DNA of 64,000 bases from contig CAVTID010000004.1 in NCBI GenBank assembly GCA_963734645.1, positions 554,847 through 618,846 of the forward strand. The letters run 5' to 3'. Shown one piece after another: positions 11,008 to 21,975 of this stretch. The DNA is from an uncultured Gammaproteobacteria bacterium (GTDB lineage: Bacteria; Pseudomonadota; Gammaproteobacteria; Steroidobacterales; Steroidobacteraceae). The first letter of the stretch is position 1. Each line of letters opens with the position of its first letter. The position numbers and the translations under genes are program-made. The notes under the pieces are model-generated. The model made no database searches. It saw nothing but the letters and a program-made list of their open reading frames with translations, and was not told the origin of the DNA.

Positions 11008-12161
11008 ATAGGCTCATCCAGAGATTTCGCCAGGGGCGTGAACAGCTGCGGGCCCGACGCGGTCATGGTCCAGCAGTCCTCCAAGCGAATGCCGAACTCA
11101 CCCGGGATGTAGATTCCCGGCTCGTCGGAAAAGCACATTCCCGCCTGCAGCGGACTGGTATCGCCGTGCACCAGGTAGGCCGGCTCGTGGCCGTCGAGAC
11201 CGATGCCATGGCCGGTGCGATGAGAGAGTCCCGGCAGCTTGTAGCCGGGGCCCCAACCTTGGCTTTCGTAATAGGCACGCACCGTGTCGTCGATGCGGCC
11301 GACCGGCACACCGATCTTCGCGGTCTCGAGAGCGATTTCCTGGCCGCGCTTGACCGTGTTCCAAACCTTGCGCTGGCGGTCGTTCGCCCGGCCGAAGACC
11401 CAGCTGCGTGAAATGTCGGACTGGTATCCATGCACGGTGCAGCCGCAGTCCATGAGCACCACCGAACCCTCGCGCACCGTTTGCACTTTCACCGACCCAT
11501 GCGGATAGGCCGAGGCTTCGTTCAGGAGCACCATTGAAAACTCGGGCGCGCCGCCGAGCGCGAGGGTGGTGCGGTCCATCAGTGCGCTGATGTCCTCCGA
11601 GCTCATGCCCTGTGCCACACGCGCATGCAGGATGCGCAGCGCCTCGATGGTCACGTTGTTGGCGATTTGCATGAGGGCCAATTCCGCAGGCGATTTCACC
11701 AGGCGGCACGCTCGTACCAGAGAATCCGCCGAGACGATGTCATAGCCGCCTGCCGCGCGCCGTATGCCGTCGACGATGAAGAAGCGGGTGCTGGATTCCA
11801 CCGCCACCGTGCCCGAGGCGACGCCCCGGTCGCGCAAGGCCTGAACGATCTTGTCGATCGGACTCTCGTGCTCGTTCCACGGCCGCACATCGCCGCCCAC
11901 CTGCAGAGTCTCGCGCACCGAGGGCTCTTCGAAGGCCGGGGTCACGACCACCACCTCGCCGCGGGCGGGAATGATCGCGAGCGTGATGCGCTCGGAGCGG
12001 CGCCAGCGGATGCCGGTGAAATAGTCGAGGGTGGAACCGGGTTCGATGATCAGCGCCGACACCTTGTCCTGCTCCATGAGCGATTGAACCTTGGCGATGC
12101 GTGCGTGCCGCTCGTCGGCGGAGATCGGTTTTGCAGCGGCCGTCATGGATTTCAGCGCCAT
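11004..12161 (-). CDS. M24 family Xaa-Pro peptidase; a likely Tat-signal N-terminus is encoded out of frame up to 12273
   Basis: Intact 385-aa ORF with metal-ligand contexts (VLMDCGCTVHGYQSDISR, HRTGHGIGLDGHE, GIRLED). Upstream, MTMLSRRVFLGAAAGAPLIAM (twin-Arg motif) sits in ORF 11740..12273(-) and would join after one switch near 12190-12210. Confidence 0.85.
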   Translation of the reverse strand: MALKSMTAAAKPISADERHARIAKVQSLMEQDKVSALIIEPGSTLDYFTGIRWRRSERITLAIIPARGEVVVVTPAFEEPSVRETLQVGGDVRPWNEHESPIDKIVQALRDRGVASGTVAVESSTRFFIVDGIRRAAGGYDIVSADSLVRACRLVKSPAELALMQIANNVTIEALRILHARVAQGMSSEDISALMDRTTLALGGAPEFSMVLLNEASAYPHGSVKVQTVREGSVVLMDCGCTVHGYQSDISRSWVFGRANDRQRKVWNTVKRGQEIALETAKIGVPVGRIDDTVRAYYESQGWGPGYKLPGLSHRTGHGIGLDGHEPAYLVHGDTSPLQAGMCFSDEPGIYIPGEFGIRLEDCWTMTASGPQLFTPLAKSLDEPI

Positions 12162-12381
12162 CGCGGACGGCGAGGATGCCGCGGATGCGCATGGATTGCC
12201 GGCTCGAGGTCATGGCGATCAGGGGGGCGCCGGCGGCGGCGCCGAGAAAAACGCGTCTGGATAGCATGGTCATCCCTTCTTCGTTCGGTTCCCACTACAC
12301 TCGTGCGCAAGCATACTGCAATTCGAGACAGGCGAGACCTCGAGACGGTAAGATGCGGGGACATCATCAAGGGGGTGGGGA

Positions 12382-13010
12382 ATGACGGCGGCATACAAGC
12401 TCTATGGTAGACCCGGCTCGGGCTCGCTCGCGGTGCAGGTGGCGCTCGAGGAGATCGATGCCCCGTACGAACGGATCTGGGTGGGCCGCGAGGCGGCCGA
12501 TGTGGCGCGATTGCGCGCCACGAATCCCACCGGCCGAGTGCCGGCCCTGGTGCTGCCGGACGGCACCCTCCTGTTCGAATCGGCGGCCATGCTGATCCAT
12601 CTCGCGCTCTGCCATCCCCAGCGCGCATTGGCGCCGCACGGCGGGTACCGTCCGGCATGCGGTCTTCCTGCAATGGATGGTGTTTCTCTCGGCCAATGTC
12701 TACGAGGCGGCGTTGCGCATGTACTATCCGGCGCGCTACTCGGCTCGCGGCGAGGCGGATGCCGAGGCCGTCCGCACGCAGGGCACGAAGGATTTGTGCA
12801 GCGCATCTCGCACTCATCAGCGAGGAGCTCGGGCCCTATGTGCTGGGGAGCGATTATTCCATGGCCGACGCCTATCTTTACATGCTGGCGTCCTGGTACC
12901 CCGGTGAGAAGGCCGAGCTATACGCCCGCGCACCGAAGTTGGAGGCGCATGCAAAGCTCGTGGCGGCGCGCCCCGCGGTCGCGAAGGTGGAGGCTGACCA
13001 CGCGCAGTAG
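12382..13010 (+). pseudogene. glutathione S-transferase, 2-3 frame switches
   Basis: N-terminal thioredoxin-like part in ORF 12382.. (YKLYGRPGSGSLAVQVALEE..GRVPALVLPDGTLLFESAAM). The middle is in ORF 12677.. and the C-terminus in ORF 12657.. (LGSDYSMADAYLYMLASW). Confidence 0.75.
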
Positions 13011-13123
13011 CATTCGAAAGCTGCGCGCGGCGCTCAAGAGGCAGCGCGCACCCTGAATCAGGGCACCGTAGCTATCCATTTACCGCCGTCGTACGATGAG
13101 CATCTACGGTCGGGAGCGTTTGG

Positions 13124-14092
13124 GTGAACGAAGTTTTCGTACGACGCGAGGTGATCGACGGCGCCAAGCTGCGCAGCTTGTGCGTTGCGTCGAATCGTGA
13201 GGGCGCCATGCAGACCCTGTCGCATGTGGGGGCCATCGCCGTCACAGGCGCTGTGCTCTGGCTGACCGGCGGAACCTGGTGGGCGGTGCCTATATTCGCC
13301 GTGCACGGCGTGCTGCTCAACTTCCTGTATGCCGGGCAGCACGAGCTCAGCCATTGGACGGTGTTCCGCACGGGCTGGTTGAACGAATGGGTGGGGCGCA
13401 TCTTCGGTTTCGTGCTGTTCTATCCACGCACCTTCGACCAGGTGCAGCACATGGCGCATCACCGCTTCACTCAGGATTGGGCGCGCGACGGCGAGTTGGC
13501 GCGCGAGCGCTACACCCTGACTTCCTACCTGCTGTGGATGTCGGGGGTGAGCTACTGGTACACGCGTTGGCGCCGGATCCTGCGATTTTCCTCGAGACGT
13601 GATCACGGAGCCTTACTTGCCGGCCAAGCGCCACGCCGAGCTGATCCGCGAGGCACGCTGGCACGTGGCCGGCTACGGCGCTGATTGCCGGCATTTCGCT
13701 CTGGGTGCATAGCTGGGCGGCGGTGATTCTCTGGCTGGCGCCGCTGCTGGCGATGAAAGGCGTGCATCAGCTGCAGAACACCATCGAACACTTGGGCCTG
13801 CCGCATGAAGACAATGTGCTGGTCAATACGCGCAGCACGCGCACCAATGCGCTCATGCGCTGGCTCGGATGGCAGATGCAGTATCACACCGCGCATCACG
13901 CCTTTCCCGGAGTGCCTTTCCACCGGCTGAAAGAGCTGCACCACGCCCTGTTCACCGCGCGCGGCGCGGCGCCTCCGTCGATGACCTATGCTGGGCTTTC
14001 AGCTGGCCGTGCTGCGCGCCTTTGCGCGCGGCAGGACCGAGGCCGACTATCCCGACGACCGCACGTGGATCGCCGACCGGCCGCATGGCTAA
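13124..14092 (+). pseudogene. membrane fatty-acid desaturase family protein, two frame switches
   Basis: His boxes HELSHWTVF, HMAHHRF and QYHTAHHAFP are spread over ORFs 13124.. and 13705... The tail MTYLGFQLAVLRAF..DRPHG ends at TAA 14090-14092. Confidence 0.75.
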
Positions 14093-14969
14093 CCGCCTTT
14101 TGGTTTACCAGGCCTTGTGGGCCATGGATCGCCTGGCCGTGCCGGAAGCGTCGGTGGCGGAGAAATTCGACCGCGTGCGCGAGGCCGGGTTCGACGGAAT
14201 GGCGATCGATCTCGGCGCCCTCACCCTGGAGCAGGCGGAGGCCACGGTGCCGCACTTCAGCCGCACCGGCCTGGCGGGCGGGCTCACCGCATTTCCGGCC
14301 TCGGTCGAGGCGCTGCGCCCGGCGCTGCTGCTGGCGCACCGCATCGCCGCGCCCTTCGTGGTCGTGATCGGCCAGGAAATGCCGATCGGGCTGGCCGACA
14401 TGGTGCCCGTGATCGAGGGGTGGCTGCGGTTGGCCGAGCAGGAGGCGATGCCGATCCAGTTCGAGACCCACCGCAACTGCATCACCAATGATCTTTTTAC
14501 CACCGTGCAGCTGCTGGACGCTGTCCCGCAGATGCGCCTGGCCGCCGACCTGTCTCACTATGTCGTGGATCGTGAGATGCCCTGCCCGCCGCCGCCGCCT
14601 TTGCGGAACTTGATAACCCAGGTGCTCGAGCGCTCCGACTCTTTCCAAGGCCGCGTGGCGGCACGCGGGCAGATTCAAGTCGCACTGGATTTTCCGCAGA
14701 ACGCGAAATGGGTGGCGCTGTTCCGGGACTGGTGGCGGCAGGGATTCGCTTCATGGCTGGCGCGGCATGCGGCGGCGGACGAGGCCTTGGTCTTTCTGTG
14801 CGAACTGGGGCCACCCGACTATGCCATCACCGATGCGCACGGGCGGGAGCTGTCGGACCGATGGGCGGAAGCGGCGCTCCTGGCGCAATGGGCGAGGGAA
14901 ATCTGGAGCGAAGCCAACCTCGCGCGGACCGGGGCCAGGACGGCAACGATCGAACCGCCGCTTCTCTGA
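14085..14969 (+). CDS. sugar-phosphate isomerase/epimerase-like (xylose isomerase-like TIM barrel) protein
   Basis: ATG at 14085 inside ORF 13869..14969 (MANRLLVYQALWAMD..). It overlaps the desaturase stop by 8 nt. The TIM-barrel family resemblance is weak to moderate. Confidence 0.55.
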   Translation: MANRLLVYQALWAMDRLAVPEASVAEKFDRVREAGFDGMAIDLGALTLEQAEATVPHFSRTGLAGGLTAFPASVEALRPALLLAHRIAAPFVVVIGQEMPIGLADMVPVIEGWLRLAEQEAMPIQFETHRNCITNDLFTTVQLLDAVPQMRLAADLSHYVVDREMPCPPPPPLRNLITQVLERSDSFQGRVAARGQIQVALDFPQNAKWVALFRDWWRQGFASWLARHAAADEALVFLCELGPPDYAITDAHGRELSDRWAEAALLAQWAREIWSEANLARTGARTATIEPPLL

Positions 14970-15072
14970 CAGGGGGTTGATGATCCTTCCTACAGGCCGG
15001 ACAAGAGAGCCGCGTACGATTACTCGCTGTGACGTGTCGGCCGTTCGCCGGCGTACTTCGAGGAGTCTGTAC

Positions 15073-15273
15073 ATGAGCATCAACAAAGACCAAGTGGAAG
15101 GCCGCGTCAAAGAAACCGCGGGTAAGATCCAAGAGACGGCGGGCAAGGCGGTGGGTAGCACCAAGCAGCAGGTGAAAGGCACCATCAACAAGAATGTCGG
15201 CGCGGCTCAGGCAAAGTTCGGCGACATGAAGAGCCACATCAAGGATTCGAACGACGCCAAGAATGCGAAGTAG
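15073..15273 (+). CDS. csbD: CsbD family stress-response protein
   Basis: MSINKDQVEGRVKETAGKIQETAGKAVGSTKQQVKGT.., preceded by aggag at 15061-15065. Confidence 0.85.
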   Translation: MSINKDQVEGRVKETAGKIQETAGKAVGSTKQQVKGTINKNVGAAQAKFGDMKSHIKDSNDAKNAK

Positions 15274-15362
15274 CGCCCGGCATCGAGGCCGCTTGTAGCG
15301 CCGGCGCCGCTAGGCTCCCGCCGTCACGGGCGGCGAGGGCCTGGGCGCCGCTACTTGGCGCC

Positions 15363-15785
15363 TCACAGTGCCATGAGCACCGCGCCGGCGGCGATGAGGA
15401 TGCCGCCCAGCCCCACTTTCCAGGTCAGCCGTTCGCCGAGGAAGGACACCGCGAATAGCACCACGAAAATGACGCTGAGCTTGTCGATCGGAGCGACGCG
15501 GGAAGCGGGGCCGGTCTGCAGCGCACGGTAGTAGCAAAGCCATGACAGGCCGGTGGCGACGCCGGACAGGACCAGAAATACAACGCCCTTGGTGGACAGA
15601 CTGTCCGGCCGCTGCCATTCGTGCCGCGCGCAAATCAGCAGCGCGGCGACCAGCAGAATGACCAGGGTTCTGAGGAAGGTCGCCAGATCGGAATTGATTT
15701 CCGAAACGCCCACCTTGCCGAAAATCGCCGTCAGCGCGGCGAAGAACGCCGAACCGAGCGCGAACACTCGCCAGTCTGCGCTCAT
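15363..15785 (-). CDS. EamA/DMT-type small membrane transporter
   Basis: Intact 140-aa ORF with 4-5 predicted TM helices (FAALTAIFGKVG.., VAPIDKLSVIFVVLFAVSFLGE). Confidence 0.7.
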   Translation of the reverse strand: MSADWRVFALGSAFFAALTAIFGKVGVSEINSDLATFLRTLVILLVAALLICARHEWQRPDSLSTKGVVFLVLSGVATGLSWLCYYRALQTGPASRVAPIDKLSVIFVVLFAVSFLGERLTWKVGLGGILIAAGAVLMAL

Positions 15786-15951
15786 GGGATTCCGGATGCC
15801 TCTCGGGTGGCCATGCGTACTAAGTTAAGACCGTTCGCCGCCGGTTACAATACAAGGCGAGGGCGGTGTAGGAAAGAACCGACGGGCGCGGTGGGCCGGC
15901 TGCAATGGCGGCAACGGCGCCGAGCCGATATATTCGCTCCCGGAGTCATGC

Positions 15952-17850
15952 ATGTCCCTGCCGATTGAGAATTATGCCTTGGTCGGCGATTGCCACACCG
16001 CTGCATTGGTGGGCAGCGATGGCTCCATCGATTGGCTGTGCCTGCCGCGATTCGACTCGGGCGCGTGTTTTGCCGCGCTGCTGGGCGGCCCTGAACATGG
16101 ACGCTGGCTGCTGGCGCCCGCCTGCAAAGTCACCCAGGTACGGCGCAGGTACCGGGGCGACACCCTGATTCTGGAAACCGAATTCGATACCGAGGAGGGC
16201 AGCGTCCGGGTCATCGACTTCATGCCGCTGTCCGATGAGCGTTGGGACATCGTCCGAATCGTCGAAGGATTGAGCGGCCGGGTCGGCATGCGCATGGAGC
16301 TCACGGTGCGATTCGATTACGGCTCGTATCGTCCCCTGGGTGCATCAATCGCAGGGACATATTGCTGCTCACCGCCGGTCCCGACACCCTCGAGTTGACC
16401 GCCTCGGTTCCCGTCGAAGGCAAGAATATGCACAGCGTCGCCGAATTCTGTGTGAGCGCCGGCGAGCGCGAGTCCTTCGTTCTCAATTACCGTCCGTCTC
16501 ATCTGGGTACCGGCGCCGCCGTCGATGCCGAACAGGAATTGACCGCGACCGAAGATCGGTGGGGGGAGTGGTCCGGCCGGTGTACGTATCGGGGCCCCTG
16601 GCGCACCGCCGTGGCCCGTTCGCTGATCACATTGAAGGCGCTGACGTACAAGCCGACGGGCGGAATGATCGCGGCGCCCACCACCTCCTTGCCCGAGTGG
16701 CCCGGAGGCGTGCGCAATTGGGACTACCGCTACTGCTGGCTGCGCGACGCGACGTTTACCTTGAATGCATTGCTGCTTGCGGGCTATGAAGAGGAGGCCG
16801 CCGCTTGGCGAGAATGGTTGCTGCGCGCGGTGGCGGGTTCTCCCGACGATTTGCAGATTCTCTACGGCGTCACGGGCGTGCGGCGTCTCGATGAATACGA
16901 AGTGCCCTGGCTGCCGGGCTACGAGAAATCGGCTCCGGTACGCATCGGCAACGCGGCGGCGAAGCAATTTCAGCTGGACGTCTACGGTGAAGTCATGGAC
17001 ACCCTGCATCTGGCGCGGCTCGCGGGCCTGCCGCCGGAGCCGGAGGCGTGGAAGGTTCAGGTCGCGCTGCTCGAAGTTTCTCGAATCGCATTGGCAGCAG
17101 CCTGACGAGGGTCTGTGGGAAGTGCGCGGGCCGCGCCGCCATTTCACGCACTCCAAGGTCATGGCCTGGGTCGCCTTCGACCGCGCCATCAAGGATGCGG
17201 AGCAGGACGGTCTCGAGGGGCCGATCGAGCGCTGGCGAGAGGTGCGCGATGCCATCCACGCCCAGGTCTGCGAGAAGGGTTTTGACTCGCGCCGCAATTC
17301 CTTCGTGCAGTCCTACGAGTCGACGTACTCTGGACGCCAGCCTGCTGCTGATTCCGCAAGTGGGTTTTCTGCCCGCCGATGATCCGCGCGTACTCGGCAC
17401 CATCGCGGCGATCGAGCGCGACTTGCTGGTGGACGGATTGGTGTTGCGCTACTCCACCGCCACGAAGGTGGACGCGCTGCCGGCCGGGGAGGGGGCGTTT
17501 CTTCCCTGTTCGTTCTGGCTCGCCGACTGCTATCTGTTGACCGGGCGCCGCGAAGAGGGCGAGGGCCTTGTTCGAGCGCCTGCTGTCGTTGAGCAACGAC
17601 GTCGGCCTGTTCGCGGAGGAGTACGATCCGCGCAGCCAAGCGCATGCTGGGAAATTTTCCGCAGGCATTGACGCACATGGCGCTGGTCAATACCGCCCGG
17701 CTGTTGTCGATGCCGGAGCACGAGGCTCGAGGCGCGGGTGCAGAGGCGAACGGCCCAGCGCCGCCGCAATTCGCGCCCGCGCCTGACCCTGTGGGATATG
17801 ACCGTCACGCACTGCCTTCGCGCGCCTACAGAGTTCGCGCGCGCCGTTGA
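15952..17850 (+). pseudogene. glycoside hydrolase family 15 (glucoamylase/trehalase-like), about five frame switches
   Basis: N-terminus MSLPIENYALVGDCHTAALVGSDGSIDWLCLPRFDS. Also NWDYRYCWLRDATF and FPQALTHMALVNTA. The pieces are in ORFs 15952.., 16242.., 16765.., 17048.., 17568.., and 17644... Confidence 0.85.
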
Positions 17851-17917
17851 GTCAACCTGTACCCGGACAATTACCAGAGCCGAAGGGCCAAATCAAACCG
17901 ATTGCAGGAGTAAGATA

Positions 17918-18235
17918 ATGAAACGTCTCATATTAGCCGGCATGTTGGCGACCAGTGTGGTTTGTGTGCCGATGGTGCTCGCGGATGACGCGTCGGCGCC
18001 GGATTCCACGCATCACTTCGTCAAGGACTCGGCGATCACCACCAAGGTGAAGCCGAAATTGGCGGCGAAGCATTTGACCACGCTGACGCGCATCAAGGTG
18101 GATACCGATGAGAACGGCGTGGTGTGGCTGAGCGGACAGGCACCCACCCAGGACGCAGTCGATTTGGCGGGCATGATCGCCAAGAATACCGAGGGCGTCA
18201 CTTCGGTCCATAACGACGTGGCGGTCCAGCCGTAG
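17918..18235 (+). CDS. BON-domain (OsmY-like) periplasmic protein
   Basis: Signal peptide MKRLILAGMLATSVVCVPMVLA. BON pattern: DSAITTKVKPKLA..IKVDTDENGVVWLSGQAPTQ..VTSVHNDV. Confidence 0.8.
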   Translation: MKRLILAGMLATSVVCVPMVLADDASAPDSTHHFVKDSAITTKVKPKLAAKHLTTLTRIKVDTDENGVVWLSGQAPTQDAVDLAGMIAKNTEGVTSVHNDVAVQP

Positions 18236-18254
18236 CCTATCTGCGCTATCTGCG

Positions 18255-18298
18255 CCGCGGACGTATCGAGAGTCCCGAGACTCTTCGGGCGTCCGCGG
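18255..18298. terminator. hairpin between convergent BON and pqiC genes
   Basis: ccgcggacg (18255-18263) is the exact reverse complement of cgtccgcgg (18290-18298). There is additional partial pairing inside the hairpin. No clear U-tract. Confidence 0.45.
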
Positions 18299-18327
18299 TG
18301 CCCCGGCGATCCCGCATCGACGCGACC

Positions 18328-18896
18328 CTACTGCATCTGTCCCGCCAGGCGGTCGGCGAGCAATCCGAGACATTGGCTCAACGCCTGTGCCACCGCCGCG
18401 TAATCATCCTGTCCCAAGGGCGAGCTGAACACATCGCCGCCCGTGACGTCCTTGCCGGTGCGCGGATCGAGAATTCGCCAGTGTGCCTCGATGCTTGCCT
18501 GCCTGCCTCGGTGCACGGTCAATTGCACCACATCGACGTTGACCCTGATGGCGGAGCCGCTCGCGCGATTGACGCCCGAGTCGGCGACCAGCAGGTCGCT
18601 GCGGCGGCGCTCGAGATCGCGTGCCAGAGTCTGCGCACACCAGATCGGCGAGCGGAGCGGCCCATCGTTCGTGCTCCAGGACGGTGACATCATCCGCGGA
18701 AGTGTTGAGCACCATTTCGGGCCGATCCACCACGAAGGCAGAGTCACTTTCAGGACGACCGGCGCGGCGGGCGAGGTCCGCGCCGCGGCCGCGCCCGCCG
18801 GTTGCGTACTCAGAATGTAGAAGTGATCCGGGCTGCGCTTACGGCACAGGCGCTCAGCAGGATCAGGCGCTCGCGGCCGCTAGGAGTTGGTTTCAC
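18328..18896 (-). pseudogene. pqiC: PqiC/YmbA-type ABC-auxiliary lipoprotein (DUF330), about three frame switches
   Basis: The GTG start overlaps the pqiB stop (GTGA). Lipobox LILLSAC, then FYILSTQP..APVVLKVTLPSW, VDRPEMVLNTSADDVTVLEHERWAAPL, and a C-terminus in ORF 18328..18747(-). Confidence 0.75.
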
Positions 18897-20542
18897 GGAG
18901 AGTCTCCTGGTTTGCCGCGGAGCAGAGGATTCAGGATGGCGTTCGAGGTAGTCGACCAGCGCGGTGATCGATTTCGCGGCCCGCGACAGCTGCAGCAAGG
19001 TCGCGCCGAGATCGCTCTGCAGCGGGGCGTCCTGTCCCAATAAATCCTTGGCATTCTTCATGGCCGCCTGTGCTTCGGCCAATGTGGCCTGAACCTGCGG
19101 TGCGATGTCTGCCGTCGACATGCCGCATCAGCTGATCGGTGCTCTTCAGGGTCTGTTCGAGGCTGGTCATCGTGGAGAGCAGCCGATAGGAGATCTGATC
19201 GAAGGGGACCTTGCTGAGCTTGCGGGCGATGCTTCCCACGGAGTCCTGGATTTCGTCGAGCCCGTTGGACACCGTCGGAAACACCGAGGGCTGCTCATTC
19301 CACCAGACCTTCTCCGCGGGCGCGTCCGCATGCATATCCAGGTCCACGTACTTTTGGCCCGTCAGCAAATTGCCGCTCTTCAGTTCGGCCCGCAGCCCGT
19401 GCGCCACCAGGCTGTCGACCAGCTTCCGGCTGGATGCCGCGGGGTCGGCGGTCGGCGGCGGGCGGCGGCGCTCCATTCGGTTTATGCCCGCGAATGCGCT
19501 GCGGATAGAGCTCGACGACGACGGGAAACCGCAGGGTGCCGGCGTCCCGGTCATACTCCACGTCCACGCTTTTGACCTCACCCACCCCGATGCCATGCAA
19601 TTCCACCGGCGCGCCCGCCGACAGCCCGCGCAGCGAGCCCTTGAAGTACATGACGAAGGTCCGAATCTCCGTTTCGATCGGCCGCATGGCGCGGTCTTCG
19701 TCCATGAATAGAGCGAATGCCGAATCGGCAGGCACCGGGGCCGTCGAGGCGCCGGGCAGCGCTCTGAAGGTAATGCCGCCTTGGAGAATGGAGGTCAGGG
19801 ATTCGGTGCGCAGCTTGACCCCGTCGGAACTCAGCGACATGTCGATGCCGCTCGCCTGCCAGAACCGTGTGCCGGCGGTGACATAGGCGTCAAAGGGCGC
19901 ATTGACGAATACCTTGATGGTCACACCGGCACCGCTCGCGTCGAGTGCGTAGCCCACCACTTGACCCACCTCGATGTGCCGATAAAAGACCAGGGAGCCG
20001 ATGCTCAACGAGCCCAGATCGTCCGCGTGCAGCACGAATTCCCTCCCCGGCTGGTCCGAGGTGACGATGGGCGGGACTTCCAGGCCGACGAATTGCCTGC
20101 TGCGAGTCGCCGACGTGCCCACATCGACGCTGATATAGGCACCCGACACCAGGGTTCCGAGGCCCGTGACTCCGGCGGCCGAGACGCGCGGACGCACCAC
20201 CCAGAAGCGCGTGTCGCCCACCAGATACTCGCTGGCGTCGCGGTGAATGATGGCGGTCACGATGACGCCCTTGCGATCGCGGGACACGTGAATGTCGCTG
20301 ACCTCGCCGATCTCGACGTCTTTGTAGCGGATCTTGGTTTTATTCGCCTCGAGGTCTTCGGCGTTGCGGAAGCGGATTTCGATGCTGGTTCCCTGCGCCA
20401 GCATCTCGTGAATCACGACGAAGGCGCCCGCCAGTATCACCACCGCGGGCAGTATCCAAATCAGCGGCAGCCGTGACCAGCGCGAAGGAGCGGGCACGGC
20501 GGCCGGGAGATCGTCGAGATTGGGAGGGGTAGGGTCAGTCAT
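18893..20542 (-). pseudogene. pqiB: PqiB (multi-MCE-domain intermembrane transport protein), about three frame switches
   Basis: ORF 19295..20542(-) has the N-terminal TM and MCE domains. It continues in 18931..19596(-) and 18810..19121(-). The tail ..YLERHPES then reads LLRGKPGDSP stop if one T is removed near 18920. Confidence 0.85.
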
Positions 20543-21179
20543 GCCGCGGCGTATCCCACAAGAGTCGCTCGTCGAAGGTCCGCGCCGCGAGCAGAGTCAA
20601 GACCACCACGGCGCCGAATGCCAAAGCACCCCAGCCGACGATGATGGAGGCGAAAGACTGTATCTGCACCAGGGTGGCCAGCAGGGAAATGGCATAAACA
20701 TCCAGCATCGACCATCGTCCTATGAATTCTACCATCCGCAACAGATCGCTGCGCTGCTGACGGCGGCGCGGCGAGGGCCGCCAGGCGGAATACAGCAACA
20801 CTGCCATTGCCAGGATCTTCAACATCGGTACGACGATGCTGGCAATGAATACCAGCACCGCGATGGGCCAGGATCCCGAATGCAGGAGCACCAGCACCCC
20901 GCTCATGATGGTGTCGGGCTCATCGTCCTCCAGGAACGTCCGCGTGGTCATCACCGGCAGCACGTTCGCGGGCACGTAGAGCACGGCGGCGGCAATGACC
21001 AGGACGGTGGTAATGGCAAGGCTGTGCGGCTTGCGCTCGTGCAGGCGCGCGCGGCAGCGCGGGCAGCGCAAATGAGCGGCCTGGGTGCCGTGAACCGTGG
21101 CATGGCAGGCCAGGCAGACGAGCAGGCCAAGACTGCGCCCGGTCACGGGATGGCTCACTCGCGGCTCCGCTCGACCCAT
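20535..21179 (-). CDS. pqiA: PqiA-family membrane protein (second half-type copy)
   Basis: ATG at 21179 in the frame of ORF 20535..21773(-). Zn-ribbon-like CLACHATVHG..LRCPRCRARL, then PqiA TM repeats. It overlaps the upstream pqiA copy by 25 nt and pqiB by 8 nt. Confidence 0.75.
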   Translation of the reverse strand: MGRAEPRVSHPVTGRSLGLLVCLACHATVHGTQAAHLRCPRCRARLHERKPHSLAITTVLVIAAAVLYVPANVLPVMTTRTFLEDDEPDTIMSGVLVLLHSGSWPIAVLVFIASIVVPMLKILAMAVLLYSAWRPSPRRRQQRSDLLRMVEFIGRWSMLDVYAISLLATLVQIQSFASIIVGWGALAFGAVVVLTLLAARTFDERLLWDTPRHD

Positions 21180-21757
21180 CGCCATAGCTGCTCGGGGGAG
21201 GTGATGCTGATCAGTTCGGATAGACAGAGCATGAGCAGGAGACAGGACCACAGTGCGATGCCGGGCGTGATGTGCGCGAATTTCGCCAGACGCACCAGGG
21301 CGGCGAGAGCGCCGAGCAAGAACACTTCCATGAAGCTCCAAGACCGCACCTGCGTGAATACGCGCAGCACGGCCCCTTGGCCGGGGGCGCGCCGCCCGCG
21401 CCACAGCGGAATGAGAACATACAGCAGCGCCACGATCTGCAGCACGGGCCCAATCACGGTGGTCAGGAATACCAGCGCCGCCAGCGAGTCGAACCCCTGC
21501 GCGTACAGGCCGAGCGCCGCGCCGATCAGCGTCGTGTCGCGGGAACTGCCGTTGATCTGCATCGTCACCAGCGGGTAGACATTGGTGAGCAGCAGCAATA
21601 CCAGGGCACAGAGCGCCAGCGCGATTGCGGTATCGACGGCGGCGTTTGCCGGGCGCTGCAGCGGCGCCCGGCAGCGTGCGCAGCGCATCCGACCGGTGAT
21701 GGGCGCCGCGGTGAGGCGATGCGCCAGGTCGCAGGCGGGGCAGACCATCACCGACAT
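21155..21757 (-). CDS. pqiA: PqiA-family membrane protein (first half-type copy)
   Basis: Intact 200-aa ORF. CPACDLAH..MRCARCRAPL is followed by PqiA TM repeats. Confidence 0.8.
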   Translation of the reverse strand: MSVMVCPACDLAHRLTAAPITGRMRCARCRAPLQRPANAAVDTAIALALCALVLLLLTNVYPLVTMQINGSSRDTTLIGAALGLYAQGFDSLAALVFLTTVIGPVLQIVALLYVLIPLWRGRRAPGQGAVLRVFTQVRSWSFMEVFLLGALAALVRLAKFAHITPGIALWSCLLLMLCLSELISITSPEQLWRWVERSRE

Positions 21758-21975
21758 GCAAGAGTCTCCACACGATTCGCGCGCATCAGGGCAGCTTCGC
21801 TCCGGTATCCATCAAAACCCGGGTAAAAAGATACGGTAGCACGAGGCGGGGGACTATTCCTTATTTTGGAACCGGCTAGGCTTACGCGCCATATACAATG
21901 GGTGGAAGGCTGCGGCCGGAGACGGCGATTCTTACGGGTATGGCGACGACACGGCGGCATGAACGAGGATATTCC

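Noticed and set aside
15274-15362. Terminator between csbD and the EamA gene
   Set aside because: There are only short GC palindromes (gcgccggcgc, and a 5-bp stem ccgcc/ggcgg) without a U-tract. That is too weak to call.
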